Positions 55,408 through 55,788 of a stretch of DNA of 55,788 bases are shown piece by piece. This DNA comes from a virus (Duplodnaviria > Caudoviricetes), in the IMG/VR virus record IMGVR_UViG_3300027996_000041, positions 1-55,788 of that record. One strand, written 5' to 3'. The notes under the pieces were generated by a model. The model was not told where the DNA came from and did no database searches. It worked only from the letters and a program-made list of their open reading frames with translations. Position 1 is the stretch's first letter. Every line of letters starts with the position of its first letter. A program made the translations under genes and the position numbers.

Positions 55408-55788
55408 CTATAAACCTAAAGGTTCTTTTGTTTCGTTAAGATTGAAAGTGTCACCACCCATAACACTTTTCCAATACTCAGCGTACTCTTCTTTGTATTT
55501 ATTGATTGATTCTTTCGTGTCCTCAATATATCCATGAGGTGTTGCAATAATCTTACCATCTTTATACCCCAAACCATTAACATGGTTTTTAAGAATGGAT
55601 ATTTTTGTCTTCGTTGCGAAGGCTACTTTTCTACCATCCTTAGTTGCGTCTAGTTGTGATATTCCAGAGTTCTTTTGGTTACCAAATAAAAACACTAATG
55701 CTGAGTTTAACCAAATAGCTTCACCCCCCTTAGCTTTAATCTTAGGTTGGCCGAAAGGGTTGTCGGGTAATTCTACCCATGGTTGGTT
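55408..55788 (-). CDS. RecA/UvsX-like recombinase, C-terminal part (start lies outside the window)
   Basis: The frame is open to the window edge: NQPWVELPDNPFGQPKIKAKGGEAIWLNS..KISILKNH matches the RecA NQ...FG.P...GG.A and KN motifs. Confidence 0.85.
   Translation of the reverse strand, partial: NQPWVELPDNPFGQPKIKAKGGEAIWLNSALVFLFGNQKNSGISQLDATKDGRKVAFATKTKISILKNHVNGLGYKDGKIIATPHGYIEDTKESINKYKEEYAEYWKSVMGGDTFNLNETKEPLGL

Noticed and set aside
362-55537. Numerous plus-strand ORFs in the track (e.g. 362..613, 3256..3783, 14107..14580, 41687..42268)
   Set aside because: They are antisense shadows of long minus-strand genes, with Ser/Leu/Phe-rich composition and mostly non-ATG starts. Only 9033, 9425, 15364 and 20205 occupy free space.
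1-55788. Stop-codon reassignment as seen in some large Bacteroidota phages
   Set aside because: Core genes are full length in the standard code, coding density is high, and TAG and TGA act as real stops (e.g. RuvC TAG, SbcD TGA).
1-55788. tRNA, rRNA, integrase or transposase genes
   Set aside because: Intergenic gaps are short and AT-rich with no cloverleaf or T-loop motifs seen by eye, and no recombinase or transposase motifs were recognised.

Overview
AT-rich, gene-dense segment of a large tailed dsDNA phage (myovirus-type, jumbo/huge-phage-like), read with the standard genetic code and almost entirely on the minus strand. The host is probably Bacteroidota: there are TAnnTTTG/TTTG promoters, a Bacteroidota-type sigma70, signal peptides followed by Gln, and A-rich start regions without a Shine-Dalgarno. 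In the direction of transcription (right to left) it holds: (1) a replication block (RecA C-terminus, 5'-3' exonuclease, DnaB/gp41 helicase, class II ribonucleotide reductase); (2) a ~26 kb baseplate/tail block (gp25, gp6/J, gp7/I-like, a fibre, several very Cys-rich proteins); (3) RuvC, primase, a PD-(D/E)XK nuclease, a DUF4338 protein, Mre11/Rad50 and sigma70; (4) a membrane/lysis-like cluster with a degenerate amidase and a glutaredoxin; (5) acidic, probably head-packaged proteins with I/L-x-E motifs. The most unusual signal is a cluster of mini-genes at 17.2-20.7 kb that look like truncated copies of the major capsid N-terminus and of two pieces of terminase. Several share a C-terminal P-x-K/R-x-hydrophobic-x-K/E-H/F-x-L/F tag, which makes this a candidate decoy or interference system. 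Other notable signals are a recurrent TATTTAT(A/T) element just upstream of genes (including a palindromic bidirectional copy) and a candidate ~77-nt sRNA bounded by a promoter and a terminator. All family assignments are by eye from motifs; no searches were run.
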